Source: Corallococcus sp.
GTDB lineage: Bacteria; Bacillota; Clostridia; Christensenellales; CAG-314
Length of the DNA: 64,000 nucleotides
Reading direction: 5' to 3'
Assembly: GCA_023665205.1 (NCBI GenBank)
Contig: JAMPEJ010000001.1
Location: 152,116 to 216,115, forward strand
Each line of letters begins with the position of its first letter. Position 1 is the stretch's first letter. The translations under genes were made by a program, and so were the position numbers. Under the pieces are notes generated by a model that saw nothing but the letters and a program-made list of their open reading frames with translations, searched no databases and was not told where the DNA came from. Shown one piece after another: positions 30,455 through 38,461 of this stretch.

Positions 30455-30684
30455 AAAAAACGTCCTTACGTTTACACATAAGGACGAAAATGTTTTCCGC
30501 GGTTCCACCTTAATTGACGACATTTACGTCGTCCGCTTTATGCCAAATACGCTTTGGCATGCGCACCCGAACAAAGCGGTATTTTTGCGTTTCGTTTACG
30601 GCAATCGCACCGTCTGCCGCTCTCTGAAAAACTACCTTCGCAAAACGTTGTCTCTGTTCACACAGGCTATTCGTTTGTATAAAA
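30455..30684 (-). promoter_or_regulatory. T-box leader (tRNA-Thr responsive) of thrS
   Basis: The minus strand carries the T-box sequence AATTAAGGTGGAACCGCG (30514..30497), then the terminator CGUCCUUA-N8-UAAGGACG plus UUUUUU (30486..30455). An upstream AGAGAG / GGTGCGA stem I region is present. Candidate Thr specifier codons are ACC (30580..30578) or ACG (30590..30588). Confidence 0.85.
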
Positions 30685-30713
30685 AGTATAGTACCGGGAG
30701 AGATATTAGTCAA
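30685..30713 (-). promoter_or_regulatory. sigma-A promoter of the thrS leader
   Basis: Minus strand reads TTGACT, a 17-nt spacer, then TATACT. Confidence 0.7.
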
Positions 30714-30731
30714 CTGTTTTTTCGCATTTTA

Positions 30732-31499
30732 TCAATTAGCTTCCACTAATTTGCAATCAAACAACTCCAACAGTTTCAAAAAACAAGGTTCTGGGCGCTT
30801 ACCGTAATAAACGGAAATGCGTTTAGGTTTTAACAGCAACACGTTTACTGCCGCTTCTTCCTCCGCCGTTACGTCTTTTGCAAGCGAACGCACCGGCTGT
30901 AACACCTTGCCTTTGGCGTCATACATAATAAAAGTATCTCCCTCTAAGGATAACGTCATGTTGGTCGTTTGATGATTCACCGAATCCAACAAATACTGCA
31001 AAAACTCCATTATAAGTTCTTCGTCGTGCAAAATGTAATCGTTGTCGCACACAAGTTTGGCAATTTCTTCCCACTTACGTTTCAACGCGTCCAACCGAAA
31101 ATTACAGTATCCGTCAATAAAAATCGGCTTGTCTGCGTCCAAAATTTTGGATACCAGCTGCTGATCGTAACTTTTATCAAAAACGCACATTGTGTTTATC
31201 AATACGTTTTGAAAAAAGTTACCGCCGTCTACGTTCAAAAAATCGCGCACAAACATATTTTTATATCCTAGCGCCACCGTCTCGGAAACGCTGTCCGTAA
31301 GCAAGCGTTTCAACTGAAAGCGGAAGGTATCGGAACACGCCACTGAATAATAAGACCTAAACTTATCGCACAAATCGGTAGAAATACCGTCCATTTCCGC
31401 TATGGCAGACACCGTTTGATTTTTTATGTGTTCCAACAAATGTTTGTCGTTCACGGGAACACTCACCGTCATCTCATACATACTTGTAGTGTATGCCAA
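30732..31499 (-). CDS. ytxC: YtxC-like putative sporulation protein
   Basis: 255-aa ORF immediately upstream of thrS, as ytxC is in Bacillus. A YtxC-like segment is present (IFIDGYCNFRLDALKRKWEEI). Assignment rests on synteny plus recalled family features. Confidence 0.6.
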   Translation of the reverse strand: MAYTTSMYEMTVSVPVNDKHLLEHIKNQTVSAIAEMDGISTDLCDKFRSYYSVACSDTFRFQLKRLLTDSVSETVALGYKNMFVRDFLNVDGGNFFQNVLINTMCVFDKSYDQQLVSKILDADKPIFIDGYCNFRLDALKRKWEEIAKLVCDNDYILHDEELIMEFLQYLLDSVNHQTTNMTLSLEGDTFIMYDAKGKVLQPVRSLAKDVTAEEEAAVNVLLLKPKRISVYYGKRPEPCFLKLLELFDCKLVEAN

Positions 31500-31544
31500 T
31501 TACACAAACTTTATTTAACGACGACAATTTACGCCAACAAACAG

Positions 31545-31567
31545 CAAAAATGCCGCTTGTTGCGGCA
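31545..31567 (-). terminator. intrinsic terminator after the AlkD-like gene
   Basis: The minus-strand hairpin UGCCGC-AACAA-GCGGCA is followed by UUUUUG. Confidence 0.6.
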
Positions 31568-31582
31568 AATAGCAATTGCAAT

Positions 31583-32266
31583 TTATAATATCCTGAGCGT
31601 TTTTGTCCAAGCCTTATCTTCGGGTGAAACCCGAAAAGAATCCCTCATTTTTTGCAAAGCTTTGTTGTAGGCAAATTTATTTAACGTCAGTTTTGCACCG
31701 CCTTCCATATATCGCACCGTTTGCTCGCGACACTTTGTCATTGCGGTAGCCACAAGCCATGCGACAGCCATATCCACGTAGTAATCGCCGAAAGTAACAA
31801 CTTGACAAAACGAAGAAAAAATTTTTTCCACGTGCTCTGTGTCCAAATAATTTGCAAGCAAATTTACTATTCCGTATCTTGCGACAAATGTTTTATCGGA
31901 AGCGCACATATCGCAAAAATATGCGAAATACTCGTCGCGCTCGTTTTTAGGAACTTTCAATGTACTGCAATCGCAAACCGCCCAATTTTCAATCTTTTCG
32001 GCGAACTCAGTCAAATACGGTCTTTTATCGGCAAAAGACATTTTTGCCGAAGAAACGACAAGGCCTTTCAACAAATCCACTTCGTAATACTCGTGATACG
32101 GATAAGATAATGATTCCTTCAAAGTAGTTTGTTTGGCAAGTTTGCGCACAAACGGTACCGTACATCCTATTGTTCTTACACTACTGCTAATAATTTTTCT
32201 GTTAAATTCGTCAAAATTTCCGTCGCTGTTTTCTCTCAGCACACGTAACAATTGTTGATATTCCAT
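31583..32266 (-). CDS. DNA alkylation repair protein (AlkD-like HEAT-repeat family)
   Basis: Start trimmed to ATG 32266 (MEYQQLLRVLRENSDGNFDEFNRKIISS...). The helical-repeat protein and its motifs fit the DNA alkylation repair enzyme family. Confidence 0.7.
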   Translation of the reverse strand: MEYQQLLRVLRENSDGNFDEFNRKIISSSVRTIGCTVPFVRKLAKQTTLKESLSYPYHEYYEVDLLKGLVVSSAKMSFADKRPYLTEFAEKIENWAVCDCSTLKVPKNERDEYFAYFCDMCASDKTFVARYGIVNLLANYLDTEHVEKIFSSFCQVVTFGDYYVDMAVAWLVATAMTKCREQTVRYMEGGAKLTLNKFAYNKALQKMRDSFRVSPEDKAWTKTLRIL

Positions 32267-32439
32267 ATATTTCGTCACTCGCTCAAACAAAAAAAAGTTG
32301 TGCAACAAAATTTCTGCCAATTATAATCACGGCGAAAGTTAAACAAATTTTTCGTTGCATACGACAATAACACAAAGTTAAAAACTCTGTAGCCTAATAT
32401 ATAACAAGTCCAAGCCGTTGAGACTTGGACTTGCAAAAA

Positions 32440-32664
32440 TTATTTTTTATCGATAAAGTTTACAATGTTTCCGACAACCAAAAAATCGTTTGCCATCTCG
32501 TCGGGAACGGTCAAACCGAATTCATCCTCAAGAGTCATGATGAGATCGGCGATATCCAAACTGTCGGCTCCCAAATCTTTTACAAGGTCGGACTCCAACG
32601 TCACCTTGGAAGGATCGATGCCGAATTGTTGCGCAATAAGTTTCTGTACTTTTTCAAAAGTCAT
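32440..32664 (-). CDS. acpP: acyl carrier protein
   Basis: 74 aa with the phosphopantetheine attachment motif LGADSLDIADLIMTLEDEFG. Confidence 0.9.
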   Translation of the reverse strand: MTFEKVQKLIAQQFGIDPSKVTLESDLVKDLGADSLDIADLIMTLEDEFGLTVPDEMANDFLVVGNIVNFIDKK

Positions 32665-32752
32665 TATGGTTTCCTCCGGAGTTTTCGTTATAAAAACTGT
32701 ATTGCTACAGCTATGATAATATTACACTATTATTAACTATTTTTCAAGTGTT

Positions 32753-32782
32753 TTGACAAAATTTCATTGCCGATCATACTAT
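32753..32782 (+). promoter_or_regulatory. sigma-A-like promoter positioned for a leaderless transcript
   Basis: TTGACA (32753..32758), an 18-nt spacer, TACTAT (32777..32782), then 6 nt to ATG 32789. Confidence 0.4.
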
Positions 32783-32788
32783 ATTTAT

Positions 32789-33007
32789 ATGAAAAAGTGT
32801 TCCGGCAGACAATTTGTCAATCAAGAAGACTACCTCAAGACAGTATGTCAAAACAAATGCTCGCACAAGATTCCGCAAAAAAAACCGCACGAATGTCGCG
32901 AGTACATTAGTTACACGTGCCAAATGCGCTGCGGCAAAATATGCGTCACTTGCGACGCCTTCAAAACCGACATCGGCGTGGAAATAATACACCGTCCGAA
33001 CAAATAA
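32789..33007 (+). CDS. small Cys-rich hypothetical protein (72 aa, 8 Cys)
   Basis: MKKCSGRQFVNQEDYLKTVCQNKCSHKIPQKKPHECREYISYTCQMRCGKICVTCDAFKTDIGVEIIHRPNK. It has no TTA/CTA/TCA codons, like bona fide genes here, and higher GC than its surroundings. There is no SD and no family was recognised. Confidence 0.35.
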   Translation: MKKCSGRQFVNQEDYLKTVCQNKCSHKIPQKKPHECREYISYTCQMRCGKICVTCDAFKTDIGVEIIHRPNK

Positions 33008-33446
33008 ACGCTTTTTGCAATTTCAAAATGAAACACAGAAGTATATCGTATGAAGAAATAATAATGACACTTAGAAAAAACAAAATCTTCAGTATCGTTT
33101 TCAGTTTTACGAACATTTACAATAGTATTTCCATTTGCTTATTTACGTGATTATACTAAACTTTTCCAAGTTATCCATATAAGATATGCTAATAAATTTT
33201 ATTTCTGTTAAAGAAAAGGGATTTATCTACAATAAACCATTTGTCGCTTTTTCTAAAAAATATATTTCGGTTAAAACAAATACTTATTATTGCAAAAAAT
33301 TCAGGAATACCAAATGTCCTACTTACAACCGATTTAGACAATACGGCGTCGCAAAAAGTAATTGTCAAAAACGGCGGATATTTTACGGAAACACGCAACG
33401 ACAAATAGTTTTATTTTATAGAAGTGTAAATCGTCGCAAAAGCAAA

Positions 33447-33476
33447 ACAAGGTTACGAAAGTAACCCTGTTTTTTA
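33447..33476. terminator. bidirectional intrinsic terminator
   Basis: A 10-bp stem closes a GAAA tetraloop (ACAAGGUUAC-GAAA-GUAACCCUGU) with UUUUUU on the plus strand. On the minus strand the stem is perfect (G-U pair) and abuts the stop of the 69-aa gene. Confidence 0.8.
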
Positions 33477-33683
33477 CAAATCGTCAGCGTCCTGAACAGG
33501 AACCGCATCCTTTCCCCAACCTTGGGGATTGCCCGTATAACTACCTAGTGGGTCGCTGTCGCTTTCTTGCGAAGATTTAGAGTTTTTGGTCGTTTTCTTG
33601 CCGGAAGCGGAACCGGTAGACTTCGCATTCTTGCTCTTGGTGTTACTCGTTTTTGTGCTAGAACTATTTTTTGTAGATTTCAT
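33474..33683 (-). CDS. small Ser/Thr/Lys-rich low-complexity protein (69 aa)
   Basis: Start trimmed to ATG 33683 (AGGAGG 7 nt upstream). Sequence is MKSTKNSSSTKTSNTKSKNAKSTGSASGKKTTKNSKSSQESDSDPLGSYTGNPQGWGKDAVPVQDADDL. The gene is flanked by its own terminators. Confidence 0.45.
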   Translation of the reverse strand: MKSTKNSSSTKTSNTKSKNAKSTGSASGKKTTKNSKSSQESDSDPLGSYTGNPQGWGKDAVPVQDADDL

Positions 33684-33736
33684 TTCAGCACCTCCTGAAA
33701 ATAGTTTGTCCATATTAGTAAAAAATAAACGCGCAA

Positions 33737-33765
33737 TAAAAAAATGCCAAACCGTGCGTTTGACA
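33737..33765 (-). terminator. intrinsic terminator after ftsZ
   Basis: The minus-strand hairpin UGUCAAAC-GCACG-GUUUGGCA is followed by UUUUUUU. Confidence 0.75.
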
Positions 33766-33788
33766 TTTTTTATTAGCCATATTTGATT

Positions 33789-34982
33789 TCAGCCTTTCAT
33801 TTTACGCAAAAAAGGCGGTATGCTCTTATCTTCTTCAACTGCGACAGTGCCAGAAATTACGCTGCCTTCGCTTTTTTGGGGCTTAAATACCGGTTCTTGA
33901 ACAGACATCTGCTGCTGTCTTAGAGTATCCATGGGATGCACTGTCGCCGCAACAGCCCCTTCTACCGCTCGGCGTTTCATGTTGTCCGCGGCAACCTGAG
34001 TTGCGGCTTCGCTGCTGAAAAACGCTGCTTTACCGTTATCGTTTCCGCCGGAAAACCCCGTTGCGATCAATGTGACGCGTACTTCGTCTTTCATATTTTC
34101 GTCAAACGCAACGCCGAACAGAACGTTAGCGTTGGGAGATATCACCTGTTTGACAAGATCGACTCCCACAGTTATTTCATCCAAAGTCATATCGTCGCCG
34201 CCGCGGAAGTTGATCATCAAGTTGGAAGCGCCCTGTATCGTGGTTTCGGACAAGGGCGAATACACCGCCTTACGGATAGCGTCGATGGTCTTGTTTTTGC
34301 CTTTTCCTTCGCCTATGCCCATATGCGCCATGCCGCTGTTACGCATTGCACACTGTACGTCTGCAAGGTCTAAGTTTATTCTGCCTTTCTGCACGACAAT
34401 TTCCGTAATGCCGCGGATACCCTGCATCAAAATTTCGTCAGCCATGGTAAACGCGTCCATAATAGAAAAGTTTCTGTCGCGGTTAAGTTTTTCGTTTTGC
34501 ACGATAACCAGAGCGTCTACGTTGCCTTTCAGTTTTTCAATACCCATTTCTGCGTATTGCATACGGCGCAGACCTTCAAAATGGAAAGGTTTAGTAACGA
34601 CCGCCACAGTCAAAATTCCCAACTCGCGTGCGATTTGCGCTACAACGGGAGCCGCCCCGGTACCTGTGCCGCCGCCCATACCCGCGGCAATAAACACAAG
34701 GTCAGCTCCGTCCAACAACTGCTGAATAGTGCTACGGCTTTCTTCCGCCGCTTGACGACCTATCTCGGGATTTGCTCCCGCGCCCAAACCTTTGGTAAGT
34801 TTTTCGCCAATTGCCAATTTCTTGGCTTTTACGGTACCCAAAGCCTGTTTATCTGTATTAAGAGCCAAAAATTCAACGTCTTGAATACGCTCCTTAACCA
34901 TGGCGTTTACGGCATTACCGCCGCCGCCGCCCACGCCGACAACGATTATTTTTGCTACGTTTCCGCTAGAAATATCTTCCAT
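33789..34982 (-). CDS. ftsZ: cell division protein FtsZ
   Basis: Tubulin signature GGGTGTGAAPV and the C-terminal peptide IPPFLRK. Confidence 0.95.
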   Translation of the reverse strand: MEDISSGNVAKIIVVGVGGGGGNAVNAMVKERIQDVEFLALNTDKQALGTVKAKKLAIGEKLTKGLGAGANPEIGRQAAEESRSTIQQLLDGADLVFIAAGMGGGTGTGAAPVVAQIARELGILTVAVVTKPFHFEGLRRMQYAEMGIEKLKGNVDALVIVQNEKLNRDRNFSIMDAFTMADEILMQGIRGITEIVVQKGRINLDLADVQCAMRNSGMAHMGIGEGKGKNKTIDAIRKAVYSPLSETTIQGASNLMINFRGGDDMTLDEITVGVDLVKQVISPNANVLFGVAFDENMKDEVRVTLIATGFSGGNDNGKAAFFSSEAATQVAADNMKRRAVEGAVAATVHPMDTLRQQQMSVQEPVFKPQKSEGSVISGTVAVEEDKSIPPFLRKMKG

Positions 34983-35000
34983 TGTTATTTTCTCCTTGTA

Positions 35001-36149
35001 TTATCTGCGCAAAAAAGACATAAATCCGCCCTTGGCAGTATTATTCTTTACGGCTTCGGCAATTATACCGTAGCACGAGGTGTATTCGTTTCTATTGGTT
35101 TGAGGATTTGCGCTTTCGTAAACGATAACGTTTTTTCCCAAGTAAGAGGACAAGGCGTTTGCTCCGCCGCGGAGATACGTCAATCCGCCTCCTGTCAAAA
35201 TAATTGGCGTGTTATACGGAATTTCTCTCTCGCAATAATCGAAACTCTTCATTACGTAATTGGCAATTTGTTCGATTCTAGACTTCAAAATTGCGTTCGT
35301 ACGTTTAGCGTCCAAAGCACGTCCGCCAATGGAATAAACGTCGCTGTCGTTAAATTCCAAACTCAAATTGACCTTTTCCAACGTGTTCATGGCAAAAGAG
35401 AAATCACACCCTTCCACTTGACACAAGTCGCTTGCCAAATATCCGCTACCTAAAGCAAAAGTTTTTTCAAAAAGCAAGCTCTTTCCGCCGCAAAGCATAA
35501 CGTTTGTAGTTATGTGCCCTACGTCTATAACTATACAATAATCCGAATGCACCATCATATTTTGCGCAATAAACTGCGCTTGTGCGTCGCAAGTATTTAC
35601 GTAAGTTACTTTTTTAACACCGTATTCTATCAACGCTTGTGAAACGGAATCTCTAAAATAATTCTTCATGAAGGAGAAAGAAACCAACGCCGTCAATTTG
35701 GACGCTACGCTTCCAACAGGATCATAAGTTTTCAACGCTCCGTCCAAAACATAGTAGACGGCCTTTCCGCCCATCGTGGAAAATTCCGCTCCGCCGTCGA
35801 AAATATTTGCTTTTTTTATCGCTTCCTGAACATCGTCGCGATCAATCTTTTTCTTGGAATGAAAGTTTATCGACGCCTCGCTGGTTGAAGTTGCACAAAA
35901 CACCCCTGGCACGCCGACAAATACTTCCTTTATAGAGACGCCTATTTTCTTTTCCACTTGACTCAACGCTTCGCTCATGCAAGACGAAATAGTTTCCGGT
36001 TCGTACCAAACGTTATCGTCAAATCCGTTGTACAACGACTGACCTACCGCACGGATAACAAAGTCGTTTTTCCCGGCAACTTTGGTTGCAGCCATACAAG
36101 TAATCTTGCTGGAACCGAAGTCAAGTATTGCCACAAAATTGTTTTTCAT
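35001..36149 (-). CDS. ftsA: cell division protein FtsA
   Basis: 382-aa actin-like ATPase (ILDFGSSKI, VIDVGHITT, ILTGGG) with a C-terminal amphipathic tail (GGFMSFLRR), located between ftsQ and ftsZ. Confidence 0.9.
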   Translation of the reverse strand: MKNNFVAILDFGSSKITCMAATKVAGKNDFVIRAVGQSLYNGFDDNVWYEPETISSCMSEALSQVEKKIGVSIKEVFVGVPGVFCATSTSEASINFHSKKKIDRDDVQEAIKKANIFDGGAEFSTMGGKAVYYVLDGALKTYDPVGSVASKLTALVSFSFMKNYFRDSVSQALIEYGVKKVTYVNTCDAQAQFIAQNMMVHSDYCIVIDVGHITTNVMLCGGKSLLFEKTFALGSGYLASDLCQVEGCDFSFAMNTLEKVNLSLEFNDSDVYSIGGRALDAKRTNAILKSRIEQIANYVMKSFDYCEREIPYNTPIILTGGGLTYLRGGANALSSYLGKNVIVYESANPQTNRNEYTSCYGIIAEAVKNNTAKGGFMSFLRR

Positions 36150-36162
36150 AAGTTCCTCGATA

Positions 36163-36963
36163 TTAATCTTTATGATTCGACGTAGTAACTCTACCGTCCG
36201 CTTTTACGATAATATCCACTCCTTGCTGCTGCAAGTTTTGTTTGTCGTTGTAATAAACGCTAAATGCCTTTATCAAACCGTCGGAAAGCGTTTCAGAACT
36301 CGGCGACTCAACAACGATTTTTACGTTTGTTTTCGTTAATATTTCCATATTTCCGTTTTGTGCAAATGTAAATACGTCGCTCTCATTCAAAATAGTAGGT
36401 ATATCTTTAATTTCGATTTTGCACTGCCACAACGCCATAATGCTTCGCAGAATAAGATCCAAACGCTTATTGCACGCATCAGATACAAAACGGAATTTTT
36501 GTCCTTTGGCATTTACGGCAGTCGTACCCGGCAAATCTCTTATAGCCGACGTTACGTCCAGCGGTTTACTTCCGTCAGAAGGAGCATCTACAACGTATCC
36601 GAAACTGTCAAGATATACCCCACCGTCAATATCCAACTTTACAACGGCTACGCGCTTGACCATGTGTACTTCCACAGTGTTGGGAAAATGCTTTACGACT
36701 TGCACAACGTGCCATTCCGGATACTTCTTGTTTAATTCCTCCGCCAACTTATCCTTAGACAAAAACACAATGCTTTTGCCTTTTGAATATTCCAATATGT
36801 CGTTCGGAGTCGGATCACCGTTTACGGCGGTTATTTCTCCCCCGTCGAAACTACGAATAACTATTCTGGCATTTCTGACGGCAAAAACGCTTACAAAAAC
36901 AACAATAATAACGATAAGTACCGCCACAACTATTATCAATGCCAGTAATTTTTTGCTTTTCAC
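36163..36963 (-). CDS. ftsQ: cell division protein FtsQ/DivIB
   Basis: Bitopic protein with an N-terminal TM (LLALIIVVAVLIVIIVVFVSVFAV) followed by a POTRA-like region, located immediately upstream of ftsA. Confidence 0.75.
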   Translation of the reverse strand: MKSKKLLALIIVVAVLIVIIVVFVSVFAVRNARIVIRSFDGGEITAVNGDPTPNDILEYSKGKSIVFLSKDKLAEELNKKYPEWHVVQVVKHFPNTVEVHMVKRVAVVKLDIDGGVYLDSFGYVVDAPSDGSKPLDVTSAIRDLPGTTAVNAKGQKFRFVSDACNKRLDLILRSIMALWQCKIEIKDIPTILNESDVFTFAQNGNMEILTKTNVKIVVESPSSETLSDGLIKAFSVYYNDKQNLQQQGVDIIVKADGRVTTSNHKD

Positions 36964-37020
36964 GGTTTTCTCCTTACGGTAAACGCGGCAAAGAGCCTCT
37001 GCCTAAATACATATACAATG

Positions 37021-37049
37021 ATTATACAAAGGATTGTCGATTCTGTCAA
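37021..37049 (-). promoter_or_regulatory. consensus sigma-A promoter for ftsQ-ftsA-ftsZ
   Basis: Minus strand reads TTGACA (37049..37044), a 17-nt spacer, then TATAAT (37026..37021) with an extended TG. Confidence 0.8.
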
Positions 37050-37142
37050 TAAAATCTAAAATAAAATAGCAGACGCCATAAAAAAACACAACATGAAATC
37101 GTAAATTTAATTTTTTATTAAATCAGATAATCTCAAAAATTT

Positions 37143-37203
37143 TTGCCGTCGACACTCCTTCGAAAATATCTGTTCAGAGTCATTTTCAAAGTGCCGACGG
37201 CAA
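37143..37203 (-). terminator. long imperfect hairpin after murA (terminator or attenuator)
   Basis: 14-bp outer stem (UUGCCGUCGGCACU / AGUGUCGACGGCAA with one G-U pair) and a further inner pairing (UUGAAAAU / AUUUUCGAA), followed on the minus strand by AAAAUUUUU. Confidence 0.5.
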
Positions 37204-37216
37204 GATGTTTATTCTA

Positions 37217-38461
37217 TTATATATGTAATTTTATATCTGCTCCGAGTCTGTGCAAATCGACTTCGAAATTACGATAACCGCGCAAGACGTGCTTTACGTC
37301 GCAGATTTTCGTTTGTCCTTCCGCGCCCAAAGCAGCTACGACCAATCCTGCACCGCCGCGCAAATCCATAGCTTGCACCGTTGCGCCTTGCAAACGTTTT
37401 CCTACGATCGTTGCATTATTTCCGTCAACGGTAATTACGGCGCCCATATTGTTGAGTTGTCCTGCATTATGTTCTAATCTGTTTTCAAAAAGATTCTCCG
37501 TAATATGCGATACTCCGCCGTCGCTAGCCGCACATAACGAAAGCATAAGTTGCTGCATGTCGGTAGGAAAATAGGGATACGGCGAAGTTACTATTTGTCC
37601 ATAATCTTTCGGCGTTTTTTCCGCATTAATACAAATAGCGTCTTCGTATTCAGTAATTTGAAAACGTGGTTTGAGAATGTCCAATAGGGCTTTTAAGTGT
37701 TGCGGAATACAGTTTGCAACCGTCACTTTGCCGCCCGCCGAAGCAACGCAACAAAGGTACGTTGCAACAACTATTCTGTCCGGAATAACCGAAACTTCTG
37801 CACCGTGAAGTTTTTGCACTCCGCGTATCGTCAACGTTGAAGTTCCTATCCCGCGCACATCCGCGCCCATTTTTACGAGAAGGCGTTCCAAAGCTTCGAC
37901 TTCAGGTTCCAAAGCGCAGTTAGTCAAAACAGTCGTTCCGTTTGCAAGCGTTGCTGCACACAACAAGTTTTCCGTTGCGCCGACGCTTGCAAATCGCAAA
38001 TTGAAGTTTGCTCCTTGCGGCGTTCCTACGCATTTAACTCCGTCGTTTTTTTCTTTAACCTCTATTCCCAAATGCATGAGACCGTCCAAGTGAATGTCTA
38101 TCGGACGTTTTCCTATAGCACAACCGCCGGTCAACGGCAAAAATACCTGTCCGAAACGACCTACCATACTTCCCAAAAGCAAAGCCGACCCGCGCAAAAG
38201 TTTTGCTAAATTTGCAGGTATATCCGTTTTCGTAACGTAGCCGCTTACGGTAACCGTTTCTCCGTCACGTTGAATCTTTTTACCCATTGCCGAAAGCAAT
38301 TGCAACATATTTTCCACGTCAATGATATCCGGAACGCCGAATAACGTCACTGCGTCGTCTGTCAACACAGTAGCGCCAAACATCGCTAAAGCACAGTTTT
38401 TTGCACCGTATGCAGATACGACGCCGTTCAATTTTTGTTTTCCGTTTACTATGTAATCCAT
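37217..38461 (-). CDS. murA: UDP-N-acetylglucosamine 1-carboxyvinyltransferase
   Basis: 414 aa, collinear with MurA. The active-site loop LTGGCAIGKRPID has Cys present, and PYFPTDMQ is also found. Confidence 0.95.
   Translation of the reverse strand: MDYIVNGKQKLNGVVSAYGAKNCALAMFGATVLTDDAVTLFGVPDIIDVENMLQLLSAMGKKIQRDGETVTVSGYVTKTDIPANLAKLLRGSALLLGSMVGRFGQVFLPLTGGCAIGKRPIDIHLDGLMHLGIEVKEKNDGVKCVGTPQGANFNLRFASVGATENLLCAATLANGTTVLTNCALEPEVEALERLLVKMGADVRGIGTSTLTIRGVQKLHGAEVSVIPDRIVVATYLCCVASAGGKVTVANCIPQHLKALLDILKPRFQITEYEDAICINAEKTPKDYGQIVTSPYPYFPTDMQQLMLSLCAASDGGVSHITENLFENRLEHNAGQLNNMGAVITVDGNNATIVGKRLQGATVQAMDLRGGAGLVVAALGAEGQTKICDVKHVLRGYRNFEVDLHRLGADIKLHI

Noticed and set aside
30510-30749. 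67-aa (minus) and 69-aa (plus) ORFs between ytxC and thrS
   Set aside because: They lie entirely within the thrS T-box leader and promoter. Neither has an SD, and the region is explained by RNA structure.
33186-33464. 92-aa very basic ORF in the AT-rich gap
   Set aside because: It has no SD, its composition is what AT-rich non-coding DNA yields (K/N/F/I/Y-rich), and its stop codon sits inside the terminator stem. It is kept only as a remote possibility under the finding for this gap.
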